Positions 1 through 8,965 of a DNA stretch of 64,000 bases are shown one piece after another. Numbering within the stretch: the first letter of the stretch is position 1; the number at the start of each line of letters is the position of its first letter. Source of the DNA: Dehalococcoidia bacterium (lineage in GTDB: Bacteria; Chloroflexota; Dehalococcoidia; Lucifugimonadales; Australimonadaceae); contig OZ252088.1 of the NCBI GenBank assembly GCA_965248065.1, positions 1,406,368 through 1,470,367 of the forward strand. Reading direction: 5' to 3'. The notes below the pieces were generated by a model. It was not told the DNA's origin. It was given only the letters and a program-made list of their open reading frames with translations, and ran no database searches. Position numbers and translations under genes: made by a program.

Positions 1-201
1 CACCGTCTTACCCACGCCAGGCGCTCCCTCGATGAGCACATGCCCCTGCGCCAGAAGGGCCATCACCACCGACTCGACGGCTTCGTCGGCGCCGACCATG
101 ACCCGGCGGATGTTGGCCAGCACCTTGGTTGCGACCTCGTGGCTGCCCTGGGCCTTCTCGTCCAAGCTCCCCTCCCAACCACCTCGCCTATCGAACCCCA
201 T
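1..201 (-). CDS. MoxR-like AAA+ ATPase, N-terminal fragment (gene runs off the window start)
   Basis: Reverse-strand ATG at 201-199. Translation is MGFDRRGGWEGSLDEKAQGSHEVATKVLANIRRVMVGADEAVESVVMALLAQGHVLIEGAPGVGKTV, ending in a Walker A (GAPGVGKT) in the LLA.GHVL.EG context typical of MoxR ATPases. Absent from the ORF track because there is no stop inside the window. Confidence 0.6.
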   Translation of the reverse strand, partial: MGFDRRGGWEGSLDEKAQGSHEVATKVLANIRRVMVGADEAVESVVMALLAQGHVLIEGAPGVGKTV

Positions 202-310
202 GGTAGCATCGGCAGGACAGTCCGCACTTGGGGGTGTAGCTAGCGGGGCCAGGGCCGCTGTCGCGCCAGCGTTCTGCCAAGCACACTAAGCCGGGCCTGC
301 GGGTTTCCTA

Positions 311-319
311 TGCTATACT
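311..319 (+). promoter_or_regulatory. candidate extended -10 element TGCTATACT upstream of Rieske oxygenase 1
   Basis: TGCTATACT lies 66 nt upstream of the ATG at 385. The same nonamer recurs at 3568-3576. No clear -35. Confidence 0.3.
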
Positions 320-384
320 CCGCCCACTGAAAGCGTTCGTCTCAGAGATGGCGCTTCGCATGCGGACTCTGACGGAGGCTGGCC

Positions 385-1665
385 ATGCTCACTGCCGAAC
401 AGAACGAACTCCTATGTCGCATTGGACCCGGCGCCCCCATGGGCGAAGTCGTGCGACGCTATTGGGTTCCGGCGCTACTCTCATGGGAGCTCAAGCCCGA
501 TGGGGCGCCGGTTCCGTTCAGACTCCTTGGGGAGGACTTAGTCGCTTTCAAGGACACCAGCGGTCGTATAGGGGTGCTCCAGTGGTTCTGCGCCCATCGT
601 GGCACGCCGTTGTGGCTTGGCCGCAATGAGGAGGATGGTCTTCGTTGCCTTTACCACGGCTGGAAGTACGACGTCGATGGCAACTGCGTTGACCAAATGA
701 ACGAGCCTGACGAATTGCGCTTCAAGGAGAAAATCAAGATTCGGTCGTATCCGAACATAGAAGTAGGCGAGGTCGTCTGGGTGTACTTCGGCCCTCCCGA
801 CAAGCAACCCCCTCCGCCGAATTTCGAGTGGACTCAGGTTGCCGCCTCCCACCGGGACATCTCGAAAGTCGTCCAGGACTGCAACTGGGTGCAAGCGGTG
901 GAAGGGGGAATCGATCCGTCGCACGCCCCGGTTCTCCACGGCGCGATCAGCATGGACGCCGGGCCCGAAGCCGGACTGCACCCGACATACGCGACCATGC
1001 GGGCTAAGCCCGGCAAGTACGAGATACGGGTAACGGACTACGGCCACGAGTTCTGGGCTGTTCGGCCCATCCCCGCCGAGGGGAAGGACCTCGTCCTAGC
1101 GCACCATTTTGTTGCTCCGTGGACCCAAATCCGATCGCTCCAGAAGCCATACCGTTCCCCAGGCCACATGTACGTTCCGATCGATGATGAACACTGCATG
1201 GTGTGGAACTGGGAGTACAGCTTTGGGGAAGAGCCGCTCTCGGATGCAGAGAGGGAGAGTGCGGACATAGGAGCTGCCAACGGCCCCAGTGCAGTCGACC
1301 AGAAGACCTTCCGATCGAAGGTGGGGGCAGAGCAGGAATGGGGACTTGATCGGGAGTACCAGAAGACCACGTCCTACTCGGGCATTCGCGGAGTGAACCT
1401 GCAGGACCGAGCTGTTCAAGAGGCGGTGGGACCGATCGTAGACCGATCGCTGGAGCGCCTTGGACCGGCAGACCAAGCCATCATTCAGGTCCGGCAAGTG
1501 TTGTTCGACGCGGTGAAAACGGTCGCCGACGGAGGTGACCCGCCGGGCACGGGAACCTCGTACTACGGCTTGCGTGGAATCGCGAAGATTATCGATGCTG
1601 AATCCGACTATAAGGCGCGAACGCTTGATGCGATGCACCCGGCTGAGTTCGCCGGGTCGCGATAG
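385..1665 (+). CDS. Rieske (2Fe-2S) non-haem-iron oxygenase alpha subunit, paralogue 1
   Basis: Rieske motif CAHRGTPL...CLYHGWKY. Mononuclear iron motif DPSHAPVLH. GGAGG RBS 5 nt upstream. The N-terminus MLTAEQNELL.RIGPG.PMGE..RRYW.P is shared with the ORFs at 7601, 33419 and 53993. Confidence 0.85.
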   Translation: MLTAEQNELLCRIGPGAPMGEVVRRYWVPALLSWELKPDGAPVPFRLLGEDLVAFKDTSGRIGVLQWFCAHRGTPLWLGRNEEDGLRCLYHGWKYDVDGNCVDQMNEPDELRFKEKIKIRSYPNIEVGEVVWVYFGPPDKQPPPPNFEWTQVAASHRDISKVVQDCNWVQAVEGGIDPSHAPVLHGAISMDAGPEAGLHPTYATMRAKPGKYEIRVTDYGHEFWAVRPIPAEGKDLVLAHHFVAPWTQIRSLQKPYRSPGHMYVPIDDEHCMVWNWEYSFGEEPLSDAERESADIGAANGPSAVDQKTFRSKVGAEQEWGLDREYQKTTSYSGIRGVNLQDRAVQEAVGPIVDRSLERLGPADQAIIQVRQVLFDAVKTVADGGDPPGTGTSYYGLRGIAKIIDAESDYKARTLDAMHPAEFAGSR

Positions 1666-1714
1666 ACCGTGGCCGACGCTCCGGTCAAGCCTTTAGGCAG
1701 GGCCGCTACCTAGG

Positions 1715-3475
1715 ATGGCTGACGCCGCGGGTCCGGCGCACGTAGGCGCAGGTCTGCGCCTGTTGGGCGCGGCCCGCATCGGCCCGGCAACAATAATCTT
1801 CACACTGGTGCTGGGGATTGTCGCGTTCATCGCGGTCTATCCTATTCTGTTGCTGTTCCTGAACAGCCTCCAAGTGGGGCAGTTCGGCACAGACACTACG
1901 TTCGGCTTTGACAACTGGGGAGCCGTGTTCCAAGAGCGTCAGCTTCGCGATGCATTCGTGAACACTATTACGCTCACGGGGACGCGTCAGCTGATAGCAT
2001 TCTTCATAGGGGTTGTCCTCGCCTGGGTCTTCGCCAGGACGGATCTCCCTCACAAGGGCTGGTTGGAGTTTGGCTTTTGGACAGCTTTCTTCATCCCGAC
2101 GCTGCCGGTCGTCATTGCATGGTCGTTAGTGCTCGACGGGGACCGCGGCCTCTTCAATAAGCTCTTGATGCAGCTTCCCTTCGTCCACGACGCGCCGTTC
2201 CAGATTTACTCGTGGTGGGGCATCACGTTCATTCACCTGATGACCACGACAGTCGCCATAAAGGTTATGCTGCTGACCCCGGCATTTCGCAACATGGATG
2301 CCTCTTTGGAGGAGGCGTCGCGCATCGTTGGCGCAGGCACGCTCAGAACGCTGTTCCGTGTTGTCGTCCCCGTGATGGCCCCGACGATCCTCGTGATTTT
2401 CCTGCTTGGGACAATTAAGTCGATGGAGGCGTTCGAGGTCGAATTGATTCTCGGGTCGCCGGGCCAGATCAACGTCTACAGCACATTGATTTACCGTAGA
2501 GTCTTGCTCAAGGAGCCCCCGGAGTTCGGTGAGGCTATGGCCCTGAGCATGATGGTTCTCGCGCTTCTACTGCCGTTCATTGTTCTACAGCAGTGGATAA
2601 GCAGGCGGCGGAGCAGCCAGACGCTCTCCGGCAAGTACTCCGCACGGGTGCACGAGCTGGGCCGACTTCGTTGGCCGCTCTTCTCCGTTGTCGCCTTCGT
2701 GGTTCTGATGATGACCGTCTTCCCAATCATCATGGTTACGCTCGGCACGTTTATGAGGCTGTTTGGTTTCTTTGACATCCCGAATCCGTGGACGGTAAAG
2801 AACTGGTACGCAAGTCTTTCGGACCCACGAATCCTGGGAGCGCTCAAGAATACTTTCGTCATCGGCATAGGAGCGGCGCTTTTCTCGATGACCGTCTTCT
2901 CACTCATCGCCTACATCAGCGCTAGGACGAAGTTCGCAGGCCGGCACGTGCTTGACTTCTTGACTTGGTTGCCCGCGACCATTCCTGGCATCGTGATTGG
3001 ACTGGGCTTCCTCTGGCTGTTCCTTAGAACACCCGGCCTTAACCTCGCTTATGGCACGATGTTTGTTCTGGTGCTGGCTGTAAGCCTTGCCAGCATCACG
3101 TTGGGCGTCCAACTGCTCAAAACCAATATGATGCAGATTGGCTCAGAGCTCGAAGAGGCCTCCTGGGTCAGCGGGGCGTCGCACATCTATACCTTCCGAC
3201 GCATATTCCTTCCCTTGATAGCTCCTGTGCTGGTCCTCGTAGGGTTGTTGTCCTTTGTACAGGCTGCGAAGGCGATCAGCGTCGTAGCGCTGCTGTCGAC
3301 TAGGAGCTCTGAACCGCTTTCGATGCTGCAGCTCGACTATATGGCCGAGGGGAAGTTCGAGGAGGCCTCTGTCATCGGGTTACTGATCTTGCTCTTGACT
3401 CTCGGCATGGCTGCGGGCGCGCGCATCCTGGGCTTCAAGCTTCGAGGGATATCAACAACCAACCCATCCGCCTAG
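1715..3475 (+). CDS. ABC transporter permease, fused two-domain (iron(III)/polyamine-type)
   Basis: 586 aa, about 12 hydrophobic segments. Two EAA-like loops: LEEASRIVGAG..RTLFRVVVP and LEEASWVSGAS..YTFRRIFLP. Confidence 0.8.
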   Translation: MADAAGPAHVGAGLRLLGAARIGPATIIFTLVLGIVAFIAVYPILLLFLNSLQVGQFGTDTTFGFDNWGAVFQERQLRDAFVNTITLTGTRQLIAFFIGVVLAWVFARTDLPHKGWLEFGFWTAFFIPTLPVVIAWSLVLDGDRGLFNKLLMQLPFVHDAPFQIYSWWGITFIHLMTTTVAIKVMLLTPAFRNMDASLEEASRIVGAGTLRTLFRVVVPVMAPTILVIFLLGTIKSMEAFEVELILGSPGQINVYSTLIYRRVLLKEPPEFGEAMALSMMVLALLLPFIVLQQWISRRRSSQTLSGKYSARVHELGRLRWPLFSVVAFVVLMMTVFPIIMVTLGTFMRLFGFFDIPNPWTVKNWYASLSDPRILGALKNTFVIGIGAALFSMTVFSLIAYISARTKFAGRHVLDFLTWLPATIPGIVIGLGFLWLFLRTPGLNLAYGTMFVLVLAVSLASITLGVQLLKTNMMQIGSELEEASWVSGASHIYTFRRIFLPLIAPVLVLVGLLSFVQAAKAISVVALLSTRSSEPLSMLQLDYMAEGKFEEASVIGLLILLLTLGMAAGARILGFKLRGISTTNPSA

Positions 3476-3567
3476 TATGAGTGGAGGCAGGTGACGTTGG
3501 ACTGCCCCAGACGGGTGTAGTAGAGGTCGAGGCAGGCCTATCCTCAACGGAGCGCCTGGCCCGGGGG

Positions 3568-3576
3568 TGCTATACT
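3568..3576 (+). promoter_or_regulatory. candidate extended -10 element TGCTATACT; would give a near-leaderless CDF mRNA
   Basis: TGCTATACT ends 9 nt before the ATG at 3586. No SD lies between them. Confidence 0.3.
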
Positions 3577-3585
3577 GCTCTGTAA

Positions 3586-4575
3586 ATGGAAGGGCATGGC
3601 CACCATACCGGCGGCCCTGGTCACAGCCATGGAGTCGTCGACCCAGTCATCGCGACCACGAGCCGCGGAATCTGGGCAATCAAGTGGTCTTTCGCAGGCC
3701 TCGGAATCACCGCGATTGCCCAGTTCGTCGTCTTCCTGCTGTCGGGGAGCGTCGCGCTGTTCGCCGACACCATCCACAACGTCGCCGACGCTTTCACAGC
3801 GATCCCCCTTTGGATAGCGTACCTCTTTGCCCGCAAGCCCCCCAGCAAGCGGTTCGCTTACGGGCTGGGCCGGGTCGAAGACCTCGCCGGGGCGGTGATT
3901 GTCCTCGTCATATTTGGAAGCGCTCTGGTTGCGGGTTACGGGTCGATTGATCGGCTTATACACCCGCGGGATGTGCATTTCGTATGGGTCGTCGCCACTG
4001 CGGGAATCGTCGGTTTCGTTGGCAACGAAGCGGTTGCGGTATTTCGTATCAGAATCGGACGAGAAATCAACAGCGCTGCGCTGGTCGCGGATGGTTACCA
4101 CGCCCGAGTCGATGGCCTCACCTCGCTTGGCGTTTTCGGAGGCGCTATGGCTGTGTGGCTCGGATTCCCTATCGCCGATCCCATAGTCGGCCTGGTCGTT
4201 TCCATCATTATCCTCAGAATCGTCTGGGAGTCGGGGAAATCGGTGTTCACCAGGATGCTTGACGGCGTCGATCCAAGAATCGTCGACGAAATTGCGCACG
4301 AAGCGGGCCACGTTGGAGGGGTAGTCAGCGTGTCAGAGGTTCGCCCTCGCTGGTTGGGCCACCGGCTTGAAGTGGAGGCGCATATAACCGTGCGGCCCGA
4401 TGTCACCATCGAAGAGGCGCACCGGATCGGGGCCGAAGTGAGCCACCGGCTCAGCCATGCTATCCCGTACATCGGGAGCACGACCGTGCATGTTGACCCG
4501 ACTGGGATGGCTGGCATCAGCTACCATCGCGGTTTCCGCCACGAACATGACAACCTGTCCCCGCACGCTCATTGA
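3586..4575 (+). CDS. cation diffusion facilitator (CDF) family metal efflux transporter
   Basis: His-rich N-terminus MEGHGHHTGGPGHSHG. TM2/TM5 metal-site contexts ADTIHNVADAFTA and VADGYHARVDGLTS. C-terminal cytoplasmic domain is present. Confidence 0.85.
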   Translation: MEGHGHHTGGPGHSHGVVDPVIATTSRGIWAIKWSFAGLGITAIAQFVVFLLSGSVALFADTIHNVADAFTAIPLWIAYLFARKPPSKRFAYGLGRVEDLAGAVIVLVIFGSALVAGYGSIDRLIHPRDVHFVWVVATAGIVGFVGNEAVAVFRIRIGREINSAALVADGYHARVDGLTSLGVFGGAMAVWLGFPIADPIVGLVVSIIILRIVWESGKSVFTRMLDGVDPRIVDEIAHEAGHVGGVVSVSEVRPRWLGHRLEVEAHITVRPDVTIEEAHRIGAEVSHRLSHAIPYIGSTTVHVDPTGMAGISYHRGFRHEHDNLSPHAH

Positions 4576-4667
4576 GTCGGGGGACTTACTGCAGTCGTAT
4601 TCTAGGAACGCGGCGCCCTGCGAGAGCGTTCGCCCCGGCGGGGCGCAAGCGCTAGTCGCTCTCTGTC

Positions 4668-5816
4668 TCAAGCGGCAACCGCCCATACCTGAGCTTGCAG
4701 CGCATCGAAGTCTAGGAGGACGTCCTGTCCCTCTTCCCAATCGTCGGACAGAGGGAGGTAGATTTGCACGTCCTGACCCCACGGAAGACGTACGCGCGCC
4801 TCGTATCGTTCACCGACGAAGAGAATCGCAGCAATGGCGCCAACTAGCCTCGGTGCGCCGCGCTGCGGGTCAGTCATAGAGCTATCTATACGGGTTACGT
4901 CGACGACCTCTGGACGAACGGCTACGGCGCATCTCTCGCCGGCTCGAAGCGTGCTGCCGGAAGTAACGCGCGCACGAATGACAGGACCTCCCGGTTCCTC
5001 GAGCTGCACTGGAAGTGTTTCGCCGTTGCCGCCGTCGGCGACCGTCCCAGTGAACATCACGGTGCGTCCCAAGAAGTCGCGCACCGCTGGAGTCTGCGGG
5101 TTCCTGTACAGCTGCGTCGGTGTGTCGATTTGTTCTACGTTGCCATGGTCCATGACCACGATGCGGTCCGAGAGGCTGAGCGCTTCAATCTGATCGTGAG
5201 TGACGAATAGGACCGTGATGCCGAGGCGCCGCTGGAGTTCTTTCAGTTCAACCCGCATCTGCTCACGGAGCTTGGCGTCCAAGTTTGAAAAAGGCTCGTC
5301 GAGGAGGAGCAGGTTGGGCTCGAATACGAGACTGCGCGCGACCGCGACCCGTTGCTGCTGACCACCGCTCAGCATTGTCGATTGGCGGTCGCCCATACCT
5401 TTGAGACCGACTTGGTCTAGGACTTTCGCCACTCGTTCGCGAGTCTCCGACCGCCCGACCCTCCTGACGTTTAGGGGATAGGCCACGTTCTCGGCAACCG
5501 TCATGTGGGGCCAGATTGCGTAGGACTGGAACACCATGCCCATGTTCCGCTTGTTCGGGGGCACGAAGCCGCGACTGCTGCCGCTGTCGACCACCACTCC
5601 GTCGTAAACAATCTCCCCCCTCGACACACGCTCGAGGCCAATGGCCATCCGGAGCGTCGTTGTCTTGCCGCACCCGCTCGGTCCGAGCAGAGTAAGCACT
5701 TCCCCCTGGTGGACTTCGATCGACGCGTCCTTGACTGCCTCCACTTCCCCGAAGCGTTTCGAAACGTTACGGAGCTCCAATACTGTTTGGCGCTCTCTCG
5801 CAGTTGAATCGGTCAT
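4668..5816 (-). CDS. ABC transporter ATP-binding protein (PotA/FbpC/MalK-like importer ATPase)
   Basis: Walker A GPSGCGKTT, signature LSGGQQQRVAVARSL, Walker B LLLLDEPFSNLD, C-terminal TOBE-like domain. Confidence 0.9.
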   Translation of the reverse strand: MTDSTARERQTVLELRNVSKRFGEVEAVKDASIEVHQGEVLTLLGPSGCGKTTTLRMAIGLERVSRGEIVYDGVVVDSGSSRGFVPPNKRNMGMVFQSYAIWPHMTVAENVAYPLNVRRVGRSETRERVAKVLDQVGLKGMGDRQSTMLSGGQQQRVAVARSLVFEPNLLLLDEPFSNLDAKLREQMRVELKELQRRLGITVLFVTHDQIEALSLSDRIVVMDHGNVEQIDTPTQLYRNPQTPAVRDFLGRTVMFTGTVADGGNGETLPVQLEEPGGPVIRARVTSGSTLRAGERCAVAVRPEVVDVTRIDSSMTDPQRGAPRLVGAIAAILFVGERYEARVRLPWGQDVQIYLPLSDDWEEGQDVLLDFDALQAQVWAVAA

Positions 5817-6109
5817 GAAGCCATTGACCCTTATCTCCCTGGCCAGCGACGCGCTGGAAACGCCTAGGGCAACTGTGCGGCAGCTTACGGGCGCGATTAT
5901 CGAGGGTCAAGCCAGCACTCCCTTCTTGGACGGCTACAGCCGCGCATCGCCTTGGCCTGCGAGACACTGCGGTAGCAGCGCGGCGGATTGACCGAAGACT
6001 GGTATGCGCCCGGGAAGGACGCCGCGTCAGCGAGCCGACACTCTTCTCCATTTGAGCCCCGAGTGTGGAGCCGCAATGTCGTTGAACAAATCGATAGAAG
6101 GGGAGTCGC

Positions 6110-6138
6110 TTGACACACTGGCTATATGGCCCTATAAC
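6110..6138 (+). promoter_or_regulatory. near-consensus sigma-70-type promoter TTGACA-N17-TATAAC
   Basis: TTGACA at 6110-6115, a 17-nt spacer, then TATAAC at 6133-6138. It lies about 155 nt upstream of the binding-protein ATG at 6294. Confidence 0.45.
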
Positions 6139-6293
6139 GGCTGGCACGCTACAACATCGATAGCGCAGCCCTGCGGCGATTGCAGTTGCTGTTCAACGGG
6201 AGGACTGATGCGGCGAGCGATAAAGCAGACGTTGGCCGTGGGCTCTTCTCGTGAACGTCAGGCATTGGTCGCTCGTCCGAGAAAGGAAGTTGC

Positions 6294-7454
6294 ATGACCA
6301 GATTATCTAGATCAGTGGTGTTGGGAGCGTTCGCCGGAATACTGGCGCTATTGGCTGCCGCCTGTGGCTCGGATCCCACCCCGACTCCTGCGCCGACGCC
6401 CACTCCGGTGATAGTCGAGCTGGTCGTCACCGCAACCCCGACGCCTGAAGGGCCTCACGTAGCGGAATGGACCGCCGCGCAAGAGGCGGCAAAGAGCGAG
6501 AAGCTCGTCATCAACACCAAACCCGGAGACGGCGCGAACTTCCTTATAAAGGAGTTCAAGAGGACGTTCCCGGACATAGAGGTAGAGCACACCACGGCCT
6601 TCCCGAGCAGGTTCGGGCCGCGGATCATTGCCGAGCAGCAGGCCGGTCGGTACCTCTGGGACGTGATGGCCAACTTCGCCGGGAACATGACCAACGTCAT
6701 GGCGCCGGCCGGCACATTCCAAGATCTCGAACCCTTCCTGATTCTGCCCGAGGTGACGGACGACGATAACTGGTACTTAGGGTTCGACGTGTATGGAAAT
6801 GACGCGAGCGGGCTCGACCAAGTCTTCTACTTCGCCATGGACCTGCGCGGCGGCTTCTATGTAAACCGTGACTTGGAGCCCACCGGCCTGACAGACGTCG
6901 AGGAGCTGCTCGACCCCAAGTGGAAGGGGAAGATCCTTATCCATGATCCCGCGGCGAACGGCGGAGGCACCGCCGCCATTGGATCGCTCCTCGCATTCAA
7001 GGGCGAAGAGTTTGTCACCAAGCTCCTCTCGGACCAAGAGCCAATCATCATTGAAGACCCGCGCACCACAGCGGAATGGATGGTCACGGAACGCGTGCCC
7101 ATCGGCATCGGCGTGTATGACAACTTCTTGGACGAGTTCAACACTGAGGGCGTAGGCCTCGCCATCGAGCGAAGATTGGGTTGGGGACACATCAGCCCGG
7201 ACGGGTTTGCCGTGTACAAGAATGCTCCGCACCCCAATGCGACCAAGGTGTTTGTCAACTGGTTCCTCAGCGACGACGGTCAGCGCATCTGGGCCTCAAC
7301 GATGGCCAACAGCCGGCGGAAGGGGATGCCGCATCACCCGTTCCAGAATCACCCGGACTACGACCGCATCGAGAGCTACACGGTGCCTGACTTCGAGAGC
7401 AATTCGAGTCTCTTGAAGGACACCATCGCGTTGGCTGAGCGGCTCAGGAACTAG
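6294..7454 (+). CDS. ABC transporter substrate-binding lipoprotein (family 1, iron(III)-like)
   Basis: Lipobox LLAAAC-G followed by the PTPTPAPTPTP linker. Size and composition fit a periplasmic-binding-protein fold. GAAAGGAAG RBS. Confidence 0.75.
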   Translation: MTRLSRSVVLGAFAGILALLAAACGSDPTPTPAPTPTPVIVELVVTATPTPEGPHVAEWTAAQEAAKSEKLVINTKPGDGANFLIKEFKRTFPDIEVEHTTAFPSRFGPRIIAEQQAGRYLWDVMANFAGNMTNVMAPAGTFQDLEPFLILPEVTDDDNWYLGFDVYGNDASGLDQVFYFAMDLRGGFYVNRDLEPTGLTDVEELLDPKWKGKILIHDPAANGGGTAAIGSLLAFKGEEFVTKLLSDQEPIIIEDPRTTAEWMVTERVPIGIGVYDNFLDEFNTEGVGLAIERRLGWGHISPDGFAVYKNAPHPNATKVFVNWFLSDDGQRIWASTMANSRRKGMPHHPFQNHPDYDRIESYTVPDFESNSSLLKDTIALAERLRN

Positions 7455-7480
7455 CCGGGTCTCGGCCCAGAGACGCCAGA

Positions 7481-7512
7481 GAAGACGCCCCCGCGCAAGC
7501 GGGGGCGTCTTC
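7481..7512. terminator. bidirectional stem-loop terminator between convergent genes
   Basis: GAAGACGCCCCCGC-gcaa-GCGGGGGCGTCTTC, a 14-bp perfect stem. It sits between the end of the + strand gene at 7454 and the end of the - strand gene at 7601. Confidence 0.5.
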
Positions 7513-7600
7513 GGTTCTCGCAGCTTGGGAATGTGAGAGACGCCGTTACCGTATCGCCCTCCGGGCGGAACGAGGCCAGCCCACGGGCGAGAGTGGACCC

Positions 7601-8872
7601 TTAGGTGACGCTCTTCGCGGGATCCATGAGAGGCATCAGGGCGGCTCGCCAGTCCTCATCGGCCCCAAGAGTGCACTCTGCGGCTCGGAGCTCATAATAG
7701 GTAGCTGCCGTTCCCGCGGGCTCACCGCCGTCTTTGACGACGTCAACCGCTTGCTGAAGCATTTTCCGCGTCACGATTATGGCTCGGTCAGCTTGACCGA
7801 GGTGTTCCTGTTCGCGATCGACCACGCCCATTGATTCCTGCACAGCGCGGTCCTGGGTGTTGATGCCGTATATCCCAGTGAACGTGTCGGTCTTCTGGAC
7901 CTGGCGGTCAATCATCCAATCGTTCGACTTGTTGCGGTAGCTGCGGAAGCCGTTGCGGGGGTCAATGTCGGTGGTGAAGCTATTGCCGCTCACCTGAGGG
8001 TCTTGGGCTTCTTCGGCTAGAGGCGCGTCCCCGTAAGCGTAATACCAGTTGTAGACCATTACGCTCCCATCGTCGATGGGCACCCAGTGATGCCCGTGCA
8101 CCTCAGCTAACCCCAGTCCGGGCGGCCGGAGCTGAGTGAACGGCATGATGAAGTGATAGCCCCTCACGTACCGGCGGCCCTCGCCCAACTGGCGCACTCC
8201 GAAATAGCGGTAGCCGTAGTCTGTCTTGTCCAGCTCGATAAGTGGGGCGCTCCCCTGCACGAACGCGCTGCTGTAGGCGGTCCCGGGAAGCGTCACGCCT
8301 TCGCGGAGCCGGCGGTGCATTATCGGCGCGTGGGACGTGTCCACGCCTCCCTCTAGCGCCTGAAGCCAGTTGCACTCTTGGACCACTTTCGTAAGAGTCC
8401 GTTGCTCCTCGGGCACGCGAGTCCACTCAAAGTTTGGCAGCGGAGGCTTGCTCTCCGGCGGCCCCATGTAAGTCCAGGCAAGACCGCCCATCTCCTCTAC
8501 CGGATAGGACTTGGCGCGCACCTTTTGGCTGAAGTCGAACTGGCCGGGTTCGTTCATCTGGTCCACGCATTGCCCCGTCACGTCGAACTTCCAGCCGTGA
8601 TAGACGCACCGGAGCCCGTTCTCCTCGTTTCGACCTAGCCAGAGGGACGCGCGGCGGTGGGGACAGAACTCGGCCAGAAGCCCGATCCTTCCGCTGGTGT
8701 CACGAAACGCGACCAAGTCCTCTCCGAGCAGCCTAACGCGGACTGGCGGGCAATCGGGCTCCGGGAGCTCCATACTGAGCAACGCCGGAATCCAATACCG
8801 TCGCATGGCTTCTCCCATCGGGGTGCCAGGGCCCGTACGAGTAAGGCGCTCGTTCTGCTCAGCCGTCAGCAT
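7601..8872 (-). CDS. Rieske non-haem-iron oxygenase alpha subunit, paralogue 2
   Basis: CPHRRASL...CVYHGWKF Rieske motif and DTSHAPIMH iron motif. The N-terminus MLTAEQNERLTRTGPGTPMGE resembles the other paralogues. Confidence 0.85.
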   Translation of the reverse strand: MLTAEQNERLTRTGPGTPMGEAMRRYWIPALLSMELPEPDCPPVRVRLLGEDLVAFRDTSGRIGLLAEFCPHRRASLWLGRNEENGLRCVYHGWKFDVTGQCVDQMNEPGQFDFSQKVRAKSYPVEEMGGLAWTYMGPPESKPPLPNFEWTRVPEEQRTLTKVVQECNWLQALEGGVDTSHAPIMHRRLREGVTLPGTAYSSAFVQGSAPLIELDKTDYGYRYFGVRQLGEGRRYVRGYHFIMPFTQLRPPGLGLAEVHGHHWVPIDDGSVMVYNWYYAYGDAPLAEEAQDPQVSGNSFTTDIDPRNGFRSYRNKSNDWMIDRQVQKTDTFTGIYGINTQDRAVQESMGVVDREQEHLGQADRAIIVTRKMLQQAVDVVKDGGEPAGTAATYYELRAAECTLGADEDWRAALMPLMDPAKSVT

Positions 8873-8965
8873 TGGTCACCTCGCCCTGCGTGCAGTATGG
8901 GCATTGGTCCGTCCGCCCCGGACATAGCCAGCCAAAAACCATGGTAGAGACCTCCCGGAGCGCAG

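Noticed and set aside
1715-7454. The dispersed ABC importer genes interleaved with a CDF gene could be a novel composite metal system.
   Set aside because: The three ABC parts are of a standard type, and the CDF gene has its own promoter-like element. The layout alone gives no evidence of functional linkage.
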